Source: an uncultured Methanobrevibacter sp.
GTDB taxonomy: Archaea; Methanobacteriota; Methanobacteria; Methanobacteriales; Methanobacteriaceae
Direction: 5' to 3'
DNA: 32,000 nucleotides
Assembly: GCF_902801725.1 (NCBI RefSeq)
Contig: NZ_CADCJB010000013.1
Location: 11,302-43,301, forward strand
Below are positions 21,420-30,498 of the stretch, one piece after another. Position 1 is the stretch's first letter; the number at the start of each line of letters is the position of its first letter. Made by a program: the position numbers and the translations under genes. The notes beneath the pieces were generated by a model that saw only the letters and a program-made list of their open reading frames with translations, was not told the DNA's origin and did no database searches.

Positions 21420-22670
21420 ATGGACCCAATGTACAGAATAGGAGAAGCTCTTATTGGAGATGGACCTGAATTGGCTCACGTTGATTTATTAATCGGTGAT
21501 AAATTCGGACCTGTTGGTCAAGCTTTTGCTAATGGATTATCCAATTTATCTGTTGGACACACTCCATTGACAAGTGTAATCAGACCAAACTTAATGACTA
21601 AACCAGCTACTTTAATTATTCCTAAAGTAACTGTTGGAGATTTGGAAGATGCAAGTAAAATCTTTGGACCTGCACAAACCGCTGTTGCAAGAGCAGTAGC
21701 TGATGCAGTTGAAGACGGTTACATTCCAAAAGATATTGTAGAAGATATCGTTATTAACGTAAGCGTATTTATTGATCCTTCTGCAAAAGATTTCAGAAAA
21801 ATATATCAATATAACTACGGCGCAACCAAGTTAGCTATCAGAAGAGCTATGGAAAACTATCCATCCATCGACAAAGTGCTTGCAGAAAAAGACCGTGGAA
21901 CTCACCCAATCATGGGATTCAAAGTCAAAAAACTTTGGTCACCACCATACTTGCAAGTTGCACTTGACCTTGATAATGAAGCTGCAATGGAAAGAATCAT
22001 CAGCGATTTGCCTGACAATGACAGAATTTTACTTGAAGCAGGTACTCCGCTCGTTAAAAAATTCGGTGTCGGAATCATCGGTAAAATCAGAGCATTACGT
22101 CCTGATGCATTCATTATTGCTGACTTGAAAACCTTGGATGTTGGTCGTGTAGAAGTTAAAATGGCAGCAGATGAAACTGCAGATGCAGTTGCAATCTCCG
22201 GTCTAGGTACTGTAGAATCTATCGCTAAAGCTATTCACGAAACCCAAAAACAAGGTATTTACTCTATCCTCGATATGATGAATGTAGCTGAATTCGAGAA
22301 AAAATTAGCCAAACTTCCTAAAGACTTAAAACCAGATATTGTTTTATTACACAGAAATGTGGATATGGAAACCTACAGGGCAGAACATGGTGAAGACACT
22401 AGCGACATGACCGAATGGGGTAATATTAAAGATATTAAAGCTGCACTTGGTCCTAAAGGTCTCATTGCTGTTGCTGGAGGAATCAAACCTAATAATGTTG
22501 AAGAAGCAATCGGTAAAGGTGCAAACATCATTATTGCAGGAAGATACATAATCGGTTCAAGAGATGTAAGAAGAGCTGCACAAGACTTCTTAGAACACTT
22601 TGACCCAGATCCAGACAACATGAGACTTGCTATGGATGAAGATGAAAATATTGAAGTGAAAGACGACTAG
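21420..22670 (+). CDS. Bifunctional formaldehyde-activating enzyme / 3-hexulose-6-phosphate synthase
   Basis: N-terminal Fae: [47 protein letters not shown]-terminal Hps: [61 protein letters not shown]. The ATG at 21420 has a GGAGG RBS, better than the track start 21393. Confidence 0.95.
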   Translation: MDPMYRIGEALIGDGPELAHVDLLIGDKFGPVGQAFANGLSNLSVGHTPLTSVIRPNLMTKPATLIIPKVTVGDLEDASKIFGPAQTAVARAVADAVEDGYIPKDIVEDIVINVSVFIDPSAKDFRKIYQYNYGATKLAIRRAMENYPSIDKVLAEKDRGTHPIMGFKVKKLWSPPYLQVALDLDNEAAMERIISDLPDNDRILLEAGTPLVKKFGVGIIGKIRALRPDAFIIADLKTLDVGRVEVKMAADETADAVAISGLGTVESIAKAIHETQKQGIYSILDMMNVAEFEKKLAKLPKDLKPDIVLLHRNVDMETYRAEHGEDTSDMTEWGNIKDIKAALGPKGLIAVAGGIKPNNVEEAIGKGANIIIAGRYIIGSRDVRRAAQDFLEHFDPDPDNMRLAMDEDENIEVKDD

Positions 22671-22725
22671 TAAATTAGATTAATTCTAATTTACCTACTA
22701 TTTTTTTTTAAAAGGAGTTTTTATT

Positions 22726-23007
22726 ATGGGATTTTGTAATTCATGTGGAAGACCAATCGTAAGGGAAGATTACGGTACTAACAAGGATGGTAGTCCAAAC
22801 GATGAATTTTGTATAGACTGTTATCAGAATGGTGAATATACGGAGCCAGATATTACTCTTAATGAAATGATTGTAAGAAAAACCAAAGAAATGATGGAAA
22901 AAAATCCTAGATTGGCGGAAACACAGGCAACAGGTATTACTGCGATGTTCATTCCTGGCTTGAAAAGATGGAACCCTGAGTTTCAGGATGATTACAAGAC
23001 TCTTTAA
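22726..23007 (+). CDS. Zinc-ribbon-like small protein (putative zinc ribbon domain)
   Basis: MGFCNSCGRPIVREDYGTNKDGSPNDEFCIDCYQNGEYTEPDITLNEMI with paired CxxC motifs. Confidence 0.8.
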   Translation: MGFCNSCGRPIVREDYGTNKDGSPNDEFCIDCYQNGEYTEPDITLNEMIVRKTKEMMEKNPRLAETQATGITAMFIPGLKRWNPEFQDDYKTL

Positions 23008-23858
23008 TTGCCACCATTTAAAATAAATTCTTTAACTTTATTGGCGATGTATTCATCGTGGCTTCTATTTGTTTTTATGTTATAGATTTCTTCTTGTAAA
23101 TCATTATATTTATCAACTAAATCATTATATTCAAGACGTAGGGAATCGTAATCTTTTTCTAAATCTTCATTAAGCTCATAAATCTCTGCGTAACTGGTTT
23201 TTGTACTGAGATTTTCATGCTTTAGCTGATCATATTTGGAAGTGATCTTATCATAGCTGCTCTTGATGTTTTGATGCTCTTCTTTTAAGTTGGAACATTT
23301 GCTTTTCAGGTTTTTGTTTTCTTCTTTAATGCTTGAATACTTGGTTTTGAGATTCTCATTTTCGGTTTTCATATTGACGAATTTGGTTTTGAGATTTTCA
23401 TTTTCTATAATTAATTTTGAATGTTTGTCTCTGATGTTTTCATTCTCTTTTTTCAAATTGTCAATATTGTTTTCGTTTAAGGTATTGTATTTGTTTTCAA
23501 TTTCAGTTATGGCATCATTTTTTGCAGCAATTTCAGCTTTTAACTCTTCAATTTCTTTTTTATATTCTAAAGTAGATGGATTAACGTTATTTTCAAGTTG
23601 ATCTCTCAATTCTTTCACTTCCTGTACATACAAATAATTAGCTATTTTTAAAGATTCACTTTCTTCCTCTCTACTTTTAAAGGTTTCAATTTCGCTTTGG
23701 GGTATGATTAATACTTCTTCCTGGTTATTGTAAATGTCTTCATTTTTAGGAACGGTGATTTGAATTTGTTCTGTTGTGTATTTCTTTCTCTCACCGTTTT
23801 TCAAAGTTCTATGATATTCCCTTGAATATTTTTTTACAATACCTTTTCCTACTTTCAT
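23004..23858 (-). CDS. Long coiled-coil protein with small basic N-terminal domain
   Basis: Heptad/undecad-rich (NLKTKFVNMKTENENLKTKYSSIKEENKNLKSK) after a ~50-aa basic, beta-like N-terminus KVGKGIVKKYSREYHRTLKNGERKKYTTEQIQITVPK. Confidence 0.75.
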   Translation of the reverse strand: MKVGKGIVKKYSREYHRTLKNGERKKYTTEQIQITVPKNEDIYNNQEEVLIIPQSEIETFKSREEESESLKIANYLYVQEVKELRDQLENNVNPSTLEYKKEIEELKAEIAAKNDAITEIENKYNTLNENNIDNLKKENENIRDKHSKLIIENENLKTKFVNMKTENENLKTKYSSIKEENKNLKSKCSNLKEEHQNIKSSYDKITSKYDQLKHENLSTKTSYAEIYELNEDLEKDYDSLRLEYNDLVDKYNDLQEEIYNIKTNRSHDEYIANKVKEFILNGGN

Positions 23859-23954
23859 ATTATACCCTTTACCTATTATAAATATATATTGTGTTTGTGA
23901 GTATAAATATTTTTATTAATTGGCTTTTTTTATGGGGTTTAACTTTTTTTCAAT

Positions 23955-23963
23955 AGTAATACT
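23955..23963 (+). promoter_or_regulatory. AGTAATACT palindromic motif copy 1 (followed by T-tract)
   Basis: AGTAATACTTTTTTT in the intergenic region upstream of the CobN-like gene. Confidence 0.6.
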
Positions 23964-23985
23964 TTTTTTCGATATTTGTGAAATA

Positions 23986-23994
23986 AGTAATACT
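23986..23994 (+). promoter_or_regulatory. AGTAATACT palindromic motif copy 2, abutting TATA-like box
   Basis: AGTAATACTTTAAATATATTTA; 31 bp downstream of copy 1. Confidence 0.65.
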
Positions 23995-24062
23995 TTAAAT
24001 ATATTTATTAATATTAAAAGTAATAATTAAAAATAGTTTTTATATTAACAGTGGGTAATATT

Positions 24063-27000
24063 ATGTTTTGTTTAAAAAATAAAAAGTATTTTTGCGTATT
24101 AATTTTATTAATAACGATTTTTATCATTCCTTATTCATTTGCATTGGATAATTCCACTTCAGATGATTTGCCTATTTCAAGTGATGATAATGCATTATTA
24201 AATGATAATATTGAAGAATCGGTTGGCAACGATAATCTGATGAGTGTAGATTCATCCAAATCTCAAAATATTACTTTATTTATTGTAAGCGACAATCCAG
24301 GGACTAATATTTTGGATAAAGCTAGCAGTGAATTAAGCAGTTCCCAAAATTTAAGTAATATTAATTTGGTTGTTCGCAGCGGTGAACAGATAAAGGAAAT
24401 GAGTGATTTTGAATTAATAAGTCTTCTTTCTTCCAGCGACGGATTTGTCGGTGAATGGATAAGTAGTGATGTAGATTCAGTTTTAACAAATGTTTTGGGT
24501 AAATATCCTGAATTGTCAAATAAGGAATTGTTTCTTATATTGGAACCGCCTTCAGGCAAAATGAACTCCGGTTCCAGTTCAATAGGTTTAATCAGAAACA
24601 ATACAATAAATTATCAAAAGATTTTCGCATCATTTTCAGACCAGGAATTGATTTCATATTTTGAAAACACAAAAAGAGGCAAATACTATACTGATGTTTA
24701 TAATTACATTGACAGGAGCGCTACAAAATTTGACCCACTGTTCAATCAGATGGTTCTTTATAAGGATATAAACGATAAAGAAAATCTTAAAAATCAAATA
24801 TTATACGCATTAAACTTTTTAGGCACATCTTTTGAAGTCAATGCACCGACATTTACAGGAGTAAAACAGTATGGAATTTATAGGGACAGATGGTATTCCC
24901 TTGAAGAGTATATTGCAGAATTTTTCAATCCGAATAATTCCAGAACTGTCGGAATATTGGAAAGTACAATGTATGTTGAATCTCAGCAATTGCATCCATG
25001 CTACAACATTATCGAATCATTGGAATCAAGAGGATATAATGTAATCCCTATCTTTGCTGCAGGGGGGTCTGCTGAACAATTGAAAGTGATGATTGAATCC
25101 TGGACCAGTGCAAAGACTGACTATTCCGGATTTTTAAGAAATTCATCCAATTATGATATTTATGTGGATGCAATAGTGTCCATGGTTGCTTATGGTGTTG
25201 GGGGTCAGAATTTTTCCAATGCTACAAACTTCTTTGAACAGGTGGGCGTGCCTGTATTCAGGGCAGTACACTCTGATTATGTTTCCAATGAGATGTGGGA
25301 ATTGGGATCTACCGGTCTTACAACAGAAAAAAGTGACAAATGGTGGCACATTACCATTGCCGAAACTCAGGGAATAATTGATGCAACATTTGTTGGCGGT
25401 CAATCAAAGTACATTTCCAGCAGGACAGGAGCTCAGATTACTACCTACATACCTCACGCCAGAAACATTGATTTGCTGGCTGACAGAATAGATTCCTGGG
25501 TTGATTTAAAATACACTTCAAATATCGATAAGCTAATCTCAATAATCTATTACAATTATCCTCCTGGAAAACAGAATATCGGTTCAAGTTACCTGGATAC
25601 AATAACCAGTATTTACAACATGCTGATAACTTTAAAAAATGCCGGATATGATGTTGGCGAGTTGCCAGCTAATGTTTCTGAACTTGAAGATTTAATGCTT
25701 AAGTGCGGTATTAATGTAGCTACCTGGGCACCGGGAGAGCTTGAAAAATTGGCTAACCAGTCAGGCGTTACATTACTGCCGGTTAAAGAATATACCAAAT
25801 GGTTCAATTCATTGGATGAAATTGTTAAAATACAGGTCACTGAAGGGCCTGTTGCTTACATAGGCGAGCTTTCAAGACGTTCAGTTGAGCTAAACTACAC
25901 AGTAACAATCGCAGATACAATTGATGATTGGTACAATCAGGTTGTTGCCCTGCTTCCAGAGGAAAATGCCGATAAGTCTAAAAGCGTTTTAAACAATATC
26001 GTATCAAGCTTAAAAAATTATACAAAGACTCAGGATGCAAAATATTATAAGCTGTTCTTAAGGTACTTTGAAGAATTCAAAAAGTTAAATATTTCCGGAT
26101 TAAACGGTTGGGGTAATGCTCCGGGCAATGTAATGGTTGTTAATAGAAACGGAGTTGATTATTTTGTCATACCTGGCTTAACTTATGGAAATGTATTTAT
26201 CGCCCCTGAACCTCAAAGGGGATGGGAATCTGACATTGAAAACTTATATCACTGTACTGCAGTAGCTCCAACCCATCAGTATCTGGCGGCTTACTACTAT
26301 ATGCAGACCAAATACCACAATGCAATGATTTTCGTCGGAAGGCACGCTACACATGAATGGCTTCCTGGAAAGGAAATTTTACTATCATCCACTGATTACG
26401 GATCAGTTGTGGTAGGTGATGTCCCGCAACTGTACTTCTATATTGCAGATGGTTTGGCTGAAGCTATTCAGGCAAAAAGAAGAGGTTTTGCAGTTATCAT
26501 TTCACATTTGACTTCTCCAATGTCTTACACCCATTTATATGGTAACTTGACCGTTGCGGCTAGTCTGGTTAAGGAATATTCTGCTAATCCAAATGTTCGT
26601 ACTGCTAGTGAATTGCGCAATCTAATTATAAAAAATGATTACTACACTAATTTGGGCCTTTCAAAAGGAGAAGTAATGAATATCTCTGATACCTTACTTG
26701 TTGAGAAGGTAAATAAGTTTTTAGTGGAGATGCAGTCTACCTTGTATCCATTGGGGCTTCATGCATTGGGTCAGTCCTGGAGTGAACAGGACTTGGCAAG
26801 CACAGTTTCAGCAATGTTGTCTTATGATTATGTTCTTGATAATAATCAGGGTGTTTTAAATTTATTCAGTGAACTTTCAAGCTACTATTATTCAAAAGGA
26901 TATAGCCAGCTATCCGCATTTGAAAGGGAATTTATTTTAAACAAATCCTATGATATTGTAAAGGCACTGATTTACTGGGATGTAGACACGGTCAATAGCC

Positions 27001-29114
27001 TGTTAATAAGTCAAAATCAAAAATTCAACAATCCTACATTTTTTGCCTGCCTTGAATTGGCTAAAAAGTATATAGGCCTTATCAATTTCAGTGTTTCAAA
27101 CGAATTGGATGCAATGCTCGACGGATTAAACGGCAGATATGTTCCAGTTGGTGAAGGTGGAGAACTTGTAATAAAACCTGCAATTCTTCCGACAGGTAAA
27201 AACATGTTCCAGGACCAATCATCTGAGCTTCCGACAATGGATGCATGGGAATATGCGAAAAATTTGGCTTTATTAACACTTGCTGATTTAAATGACACAA
27301 CAGAGAAGATTATCATGGGTATCTGGTGTGTAGAAACCGCAAGAGATGACGGAGCGTTGGTTTCAACCGTTCTTTACTTGTTGGGTATGAAACCTGTCTG
27401 GACAGATTCATCAAGTGCGGGTTATGACGATGAAGGAAATCCGACAGGTAAAAAAGTGGGTGCAATGCCTGAAGTTATTAAACTGGATGATTTGACCCGT
27501 CCTGCCGGTTGGGCCAAAAAAAGAATTGACGTGACTGTAATAACTAGTGGTTTATTCAGGGATTTATACTCATCTCAATCAATTCTTATGGATAATGCTT
27601 ACCGTGTTGCGCTTGCAAGGTCCTATCTGACATTGATTAATAATAATGCATTAATGAACTCTAAAAATGGTAATCAATTGCGCGAGGCTCTTGAAGGTGT
27701 AATGCAAAGTATCAGCTATTATGGTATTTATAATGAGCCATTGGATTCCAATTATGTGGCACAGCACTGGATTGAAGATACTTTATTCTATTTAAGTCAG
27801 GGCTATAATGCAACTTATGCAGGCGAATGTGCAATAACAAGAATATTTGCACCTCCAAATGGTGATTATGGTGCCGGAATATCAAAATTAGTATCAATGT
27901 CATGGACATGGAACGATACTAGTGAACTTGCAGACTTTTACCTTGGAAGAATGGGTAACATGTATTCAAAAAATTATTGGGGAGATACAAACCCATTGGT
28001 ATTCCTGAGGGCTCTGTCAAACTCAGACACAATTGTGGCCAGTCGTAATACCAACCAATACGGTGTACTCGACAACGACGACTTCTTTGATTATTGGGGA
28101 GGTTTGTCAATGACTGTAGAAAATATTTCCGGAAAAGCTCCTAAATTCAATGTATTGATGTATTCAGATAAAAACAATGCATACATTTCATCTTTGGAGG
28201 AAGTAATGTATAAGGAAATCGCCGCAAGATATGATAATCCTGACTGGATTAAAGGAATGATGAAAGAGGGTTACAGCGGTGCTCGTTACATGTCAAATAA
28301 GTTTGTAAGTAATTTGCATGGATGGCAGGTAACAAGACCATCAGCCGTATCAAATGACTTGTGGAATAGAATTTACAATACTTATTACAATGATAAATAC
28401 AATATTGGAGTTAAAGATTGGCTAATGAGTGGAAACAATGCATATTCACTTATTTCCATGAGTGGAACAATGCTTACAACAATCCATGATGGTTATTGGA
28501 AGGCAGATAAGGCTACAATTAGCGATATAGCTAATACATGGGCTCAAGCAACTGTTCAAAATGGTGTGGCCTGTTGTGATTGCAGTTGCGGTAATATTGC
28601 AATGATGCAATGGGCTGTCCAATATGTCAATCCGGATATTTTAGCACAACTGCTTCCTAAATTATATGAAGCAACCAAAAATCCGGTATTTAAGAATAAT
28701 ACTCAATCAACTCAGCCGCCTGAAACTGATATAAAAGATAATCCGAAGGAAGCTTCAACTCAAAATCCTGTAAAGGGATCAACTTCATCTTCTACTATTA
28801 AAACAAATTCCAGCTCCACAACCACTCAAACTACTGCTCAAAGCGGAAGCAATGCTCAGGGTGATGCCTTTTCAAATGTTGGTGCTGGAAGTGAATCAGT
28901 TCAGGCTGGAAGTTCATCTGCAGAGGGAGCAGATGTCAAGAAAGCAGTTGAAATAAATCCAATATCCTCTCAATCAGCAAGTGAAGTAGGATTGTCAATA
29001 GTAGCTGTATTGGCTATTTTATGCTTGATTATGGTTGTGGCTGTTGGATACTTTAGAAATAATGATAATAAAGATAAAGTTCAAGATTTAGATAAGCTAT
29101 TTAATGAAAGATAG
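24063..29114 (+). CDS. Secreted, C-terminally membrane-anchored CobN/BchH-family (HmuS-like) metallochelatase-type protein, ~1683 aa
   Basis: Signal peptide MFCLKNKKYFCVLILLITIFIIPYSFA. CobN/BchH-type motifs: GRHATHEWLPGKE, WCVETARDDGALVSTVLYLLGMKPVW, TSGLFRDLY, FAPPNGDYGAGISKLVSMSWTW. CCDCSCG motif, Ser/Thr-rich stalk, and terminal TM (VGLSIVAVLAILCLIMVVAVGYF). The track start is GTG 24051; ATG 24063 with upstream GTGGGT is preferred. Confidence 0.9.
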   Translation: MFCLKNKKYFCVLILLITIFIIPYSFALDNSTSDDLPISSDDNALLNDNIEESVGNDNLMSVDSSKSQNITLFIVSDNPGTNILDKASSELSSSQNLSNINLVVRSGEQIKEMSDFELISLLSSSDGFVGEWISSDVDSVLTNVLGKYPELSNKELFLILEPPSGKMNSGSSSIGLIRNNTINYQKIFASFSDQELISYFENTKRGKYYTDVYNYIDRSATKFDPLFNQMVLYKDINDKENLKNQILYALNFLGTSFEVNAPTFTGVKQYGIYRDRWYSLEEYIAEFFNPNNSRTVGILESTMYVESQQLHPCYNIIESLESRGYNVIPIFAAGGSAEQLKVMIESWTSAKTDYSGFLRNSSNYDIYVDAIVSMVAYGVGGQNFSNATNFFEQVGVPVFRAVHSDYVSNEMWELGSTGLTTEKSDKWWHITIAETQGIIDATFVGGQSKYISSRTGAQITTYIPHARNIDLLADRIDSWVDLKYTSNIDKLISIIYYNYPPGKQNIGSSYLDTITSIYNMLITLKNAGYDVGELPANVSELEDLMLKCGINVATWAPGELEKLANQSGVTLLPVKEYTKWFNSLDEIVKIQVTEGPVAYIGELSRRSVELNYTVTIADTIDDWYNQVVALLPEENADKSKSVLNNIVSSLKNYTKTQDAKYYKLFLRYFEEFKKLNISGLNGWGNAPGNVMVVNRNGVDYFVIPGLTYGNVFIAPEPQRGWESDIENLYHCTAVAPTHQYLAAYYYMQTKYHNAMIFVGRHATHEWLPGKEILLSSTDYGSVVVGDVPQLYFYIADGLAEAIQAKRRGFAVIISHLTSPMSYTHLYGNLTVAASLVKEYSANPNVRTASELRNLIIKNDYYTNLGLSKGEVMNISDTLLVEKVNKFLVEMQSTLYPLGLHALGQSWSEQDLASTVSAMLSYDYVLDNNQGVLNLFSELSSYYYSKGYSQLSAFEREFILNKSYDIVKALIYWDVDTVNSLLISQNQKFNNPTFFACLELAKKYIGLINFSVSNELDAMLDGLNGRYVPVGEGGELVIKPAILPTGKNMFQDQSSELPTMDAWEYAKNLALLTLADLNDTTEKIIMGIWCVETARDDGALVSTVLYLLGMKPVWTDSSSAGYDDEGNPTGKKVGAMPEVIKLDDLTRPAGWAKKRIDVTVITSGLFRDLYSSQSILMDNAYRVALARSYLTLINNNALMNSKNGNQLREALEGVMQSISYYGIYNEPLDSNYVAQHWIEDTLFYLSQGYNATYAGECAITRIFAPPNGDYGAGISKLVSMSWTWNDTSELADFYLGRMGNMYSKNYWGDTNPLVFLRALSNSDTIVASRNTNQYGVLDNDDFFDYWGGLSMTVENISGKAPKFNVLMYSDKNNAYISSLEEVMYKEIAARYDNPDWIKGMMKEGYSGARYMSNKFVSNLHGWQVTRPSAVSNDLWNRIYNTYYNDKYNIGVKDWLMSGNNAYSLISMSGTMLTTIHDGYWKADKATISDIANTWAQATVQNGVACCDCSCGNIAMMQWAVQYVNPDILAQLLPKLYEATKNPVFKNNTQSTQPPETDIKDNPKEASTQNPVKGSTSSSTIKTNSSSTTTQTTAQSGSNAQGDAFSNVGAGSESVQAGSSSAEGADVKKAVEINPISSQSASEVGLSIVAVLAILCLIMVVAVGYFRNNDNKDKVQDLDKLFNER

Positions 29115-29125
29115 TAGGTGTTTTA

Positions 29126-29833
29126 ATGGATGCAATTAATATTTTATGGCAACTTGGGATATTGTCAGCGGTTTTAATTTTTGGAGTCAAATTGGGCCTT
29201 GCTACAGGCCTTGCGAACATGTCAAAAAAGTATTTGGCATTGGTGTCAATAGGATATGGTGGGGGAGTTTTAGTACTCACAGAAATTTCTTCATTCTTCA
29301 CAGATCAAATCACTGATTTGATTTATACTTATAACTTTGAATTTTTCCTGATTATGGCGATAATCATGATTTTAGCGGGAATATTTACAATAAGGGAGTA
29401 TAAGGTATTTGAAAAAAATACCACTGCAGCCACTTGTATGGCGGTCGTTGCTCCATGTCCTTGTTGTTTTGGTTCTATTATTGTGAGTATAATGCTTGTA
29501 GCGCCTACTGTAGGTTTAGGGTTGATGAATTTAAGTGTAATCGTAGCTTTGGCGTTAGTTTTAACAATTGTTGTAACTTATTACGCATCAAATTACCTCG
29601 TAAAATTCATTAATAAGCCTTATCCAATAGTATTGGGCAATTTCATGTTCTTTTTGGGAATTTACTTCCTATTGTCTGCATTGTTCTTGCCGAATATTAC
29701 TGCAATGATTCAAAATCCAATGGAAGCAATATCAATATCATCTCCATATTCTCTGATTGGAGCTTTAGTATTGGTGCTTGTTATAGTGGCTATCGGCGGA
29801 ATAATCTCTAGGAGAAACAGTAATTTTAATTAG
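29126..29833 (+). CDS. DUF2162-type putative membrane transporter component
   Basis: Six or more TM segments, MAVVAPCPCCFGSIIVSIML motif, position between the CobN-like and ExbB-like genes. Confidence 0.82.
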   Translation: MDAINILWQLGILSAVLIFGVKLGLATGLANMSKKYLALVSIGYGGGVLVLTEISSFFTDQITDLIYTYNFEFFLIMAIIMILAGIFTIREYKVFEKNTTAATCMAVVAPCPCCFGSIIVSIMLVAPTVGLGLMNLSVIVALALVLTIVVTYYASNYLVKFINKPYPIVLGNFMFFLGIYFLLSALFLPNITAMIQNPMEAISISSPYSLIGALVLVLVIVAIGGIISRRNSNFN

Positions 29834-29841
29834 GTGATTTA

Positions 29842-30486
29842 ATGGTAACTACAATTCCTGGAAGTGAAATATTAACATCAACATTGAATATGATTTCACA
29901 AAGTCTGCAGATTCCTGTAATCATATTTCTGGTGGTTTTTGCAGTCTTTGCAGTACTTGCAATCGGAGGATTGATTTCTGAGTATACTTCAAGAAAGAAA
30001 ATCACTCCCGAGCTGATTGAAGAATTGATTTATTCAATATCAAATGCAACTTCTTTGGATGAAATAAAAAACGTTATTAAAAACGCTAAAATTTATGAAT
30101 CTCAAAAAGTTGTTTTAATTAAGATTTTACGTGCAAATTCCCTAACTCCAGAGTCAAGACATGCACTTGCTAAGAAACTGGTTGAATTTGAAGAAAATAA
30201 ATTTGCAAAGTCAATCGAAAGAACCGATGTTGTCACGCGTATAGGACCTACATTGGGTTTGATGGGTACATTAATTCCTATGGGTCCGGGTCTTGCTGCA
30301 TTGGGAGCTGGTGATGTAAATACGTTGGCTAATGCTATTATTGTTGCTTTTGATACAACTGTTGTAGGTATTGGTGCTGGAGCTGTAGCTTATTTTGTAT
30401 CTAAAGTAAGGCGCAGATGGTATGAAGAGTACTTGTCCAATTTGGATGCGCTTGCAGATGCATTGCTTGATAAGTTAAATCAATAA
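29842..30486 (+). CDS. MotA/TolQ/ExbB-family proton-channel protein
   Basis: TDVVTRIGPTLGLMGTLIPMGPGLAALGAGDVNTLANAIIVAFDTTVVGIGAGAVAYFVSKVRRRWYEE. Confidence 0.92.
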   Translation: MVTTIPGSEILTSTLNMISQSLQIPVIIFLVVFAVFAVLAIGGLISEYTSRKKITPELIEELIYSISNATSLDEIKNVIKNAKIYESQKVVLIKILRANSLTPESRHALAKKLVEFEENKFAKSIERTDVVTRIGPTLGLMGTLIPMGPGLAALGAGDVNTLANAIIVAFDTTVVGIGAGAVAYFVSKVRRRWYEEYLSNLDALADALLDKLNQ

Positions 30487-30498
30487 GAGGTTTTGGTG

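Noticed and set aside
23290-23601. 103-aa plus-strand ORF with FSFS repeats and apparent DNA repetitiveness in this stretch
   Set aside because: It is the antisense of the coiled-coil gene; the repetition comes from Glu/Asn/Lys heptad codons, not from a tandem-repeat or CRISPR-like array.
24263-28110. Multiple 60-99-aa ORFs on the minus strand and in alternate frames inside the CobN-like gene
   Set aside because: Short and domain-free, fully contained in one long, motif-rich reading frame.
24063-29114. Annotation as an ordinary cytoplasmic cobaltochelatase CobN for B12 biosynthesis
   Set aside because: N-terminal signal peptide, Ser/Thr stalk, C-terminal TM and neighbouring ExbB/DUF2149 genes argue for a different, extracytoplasmic role.
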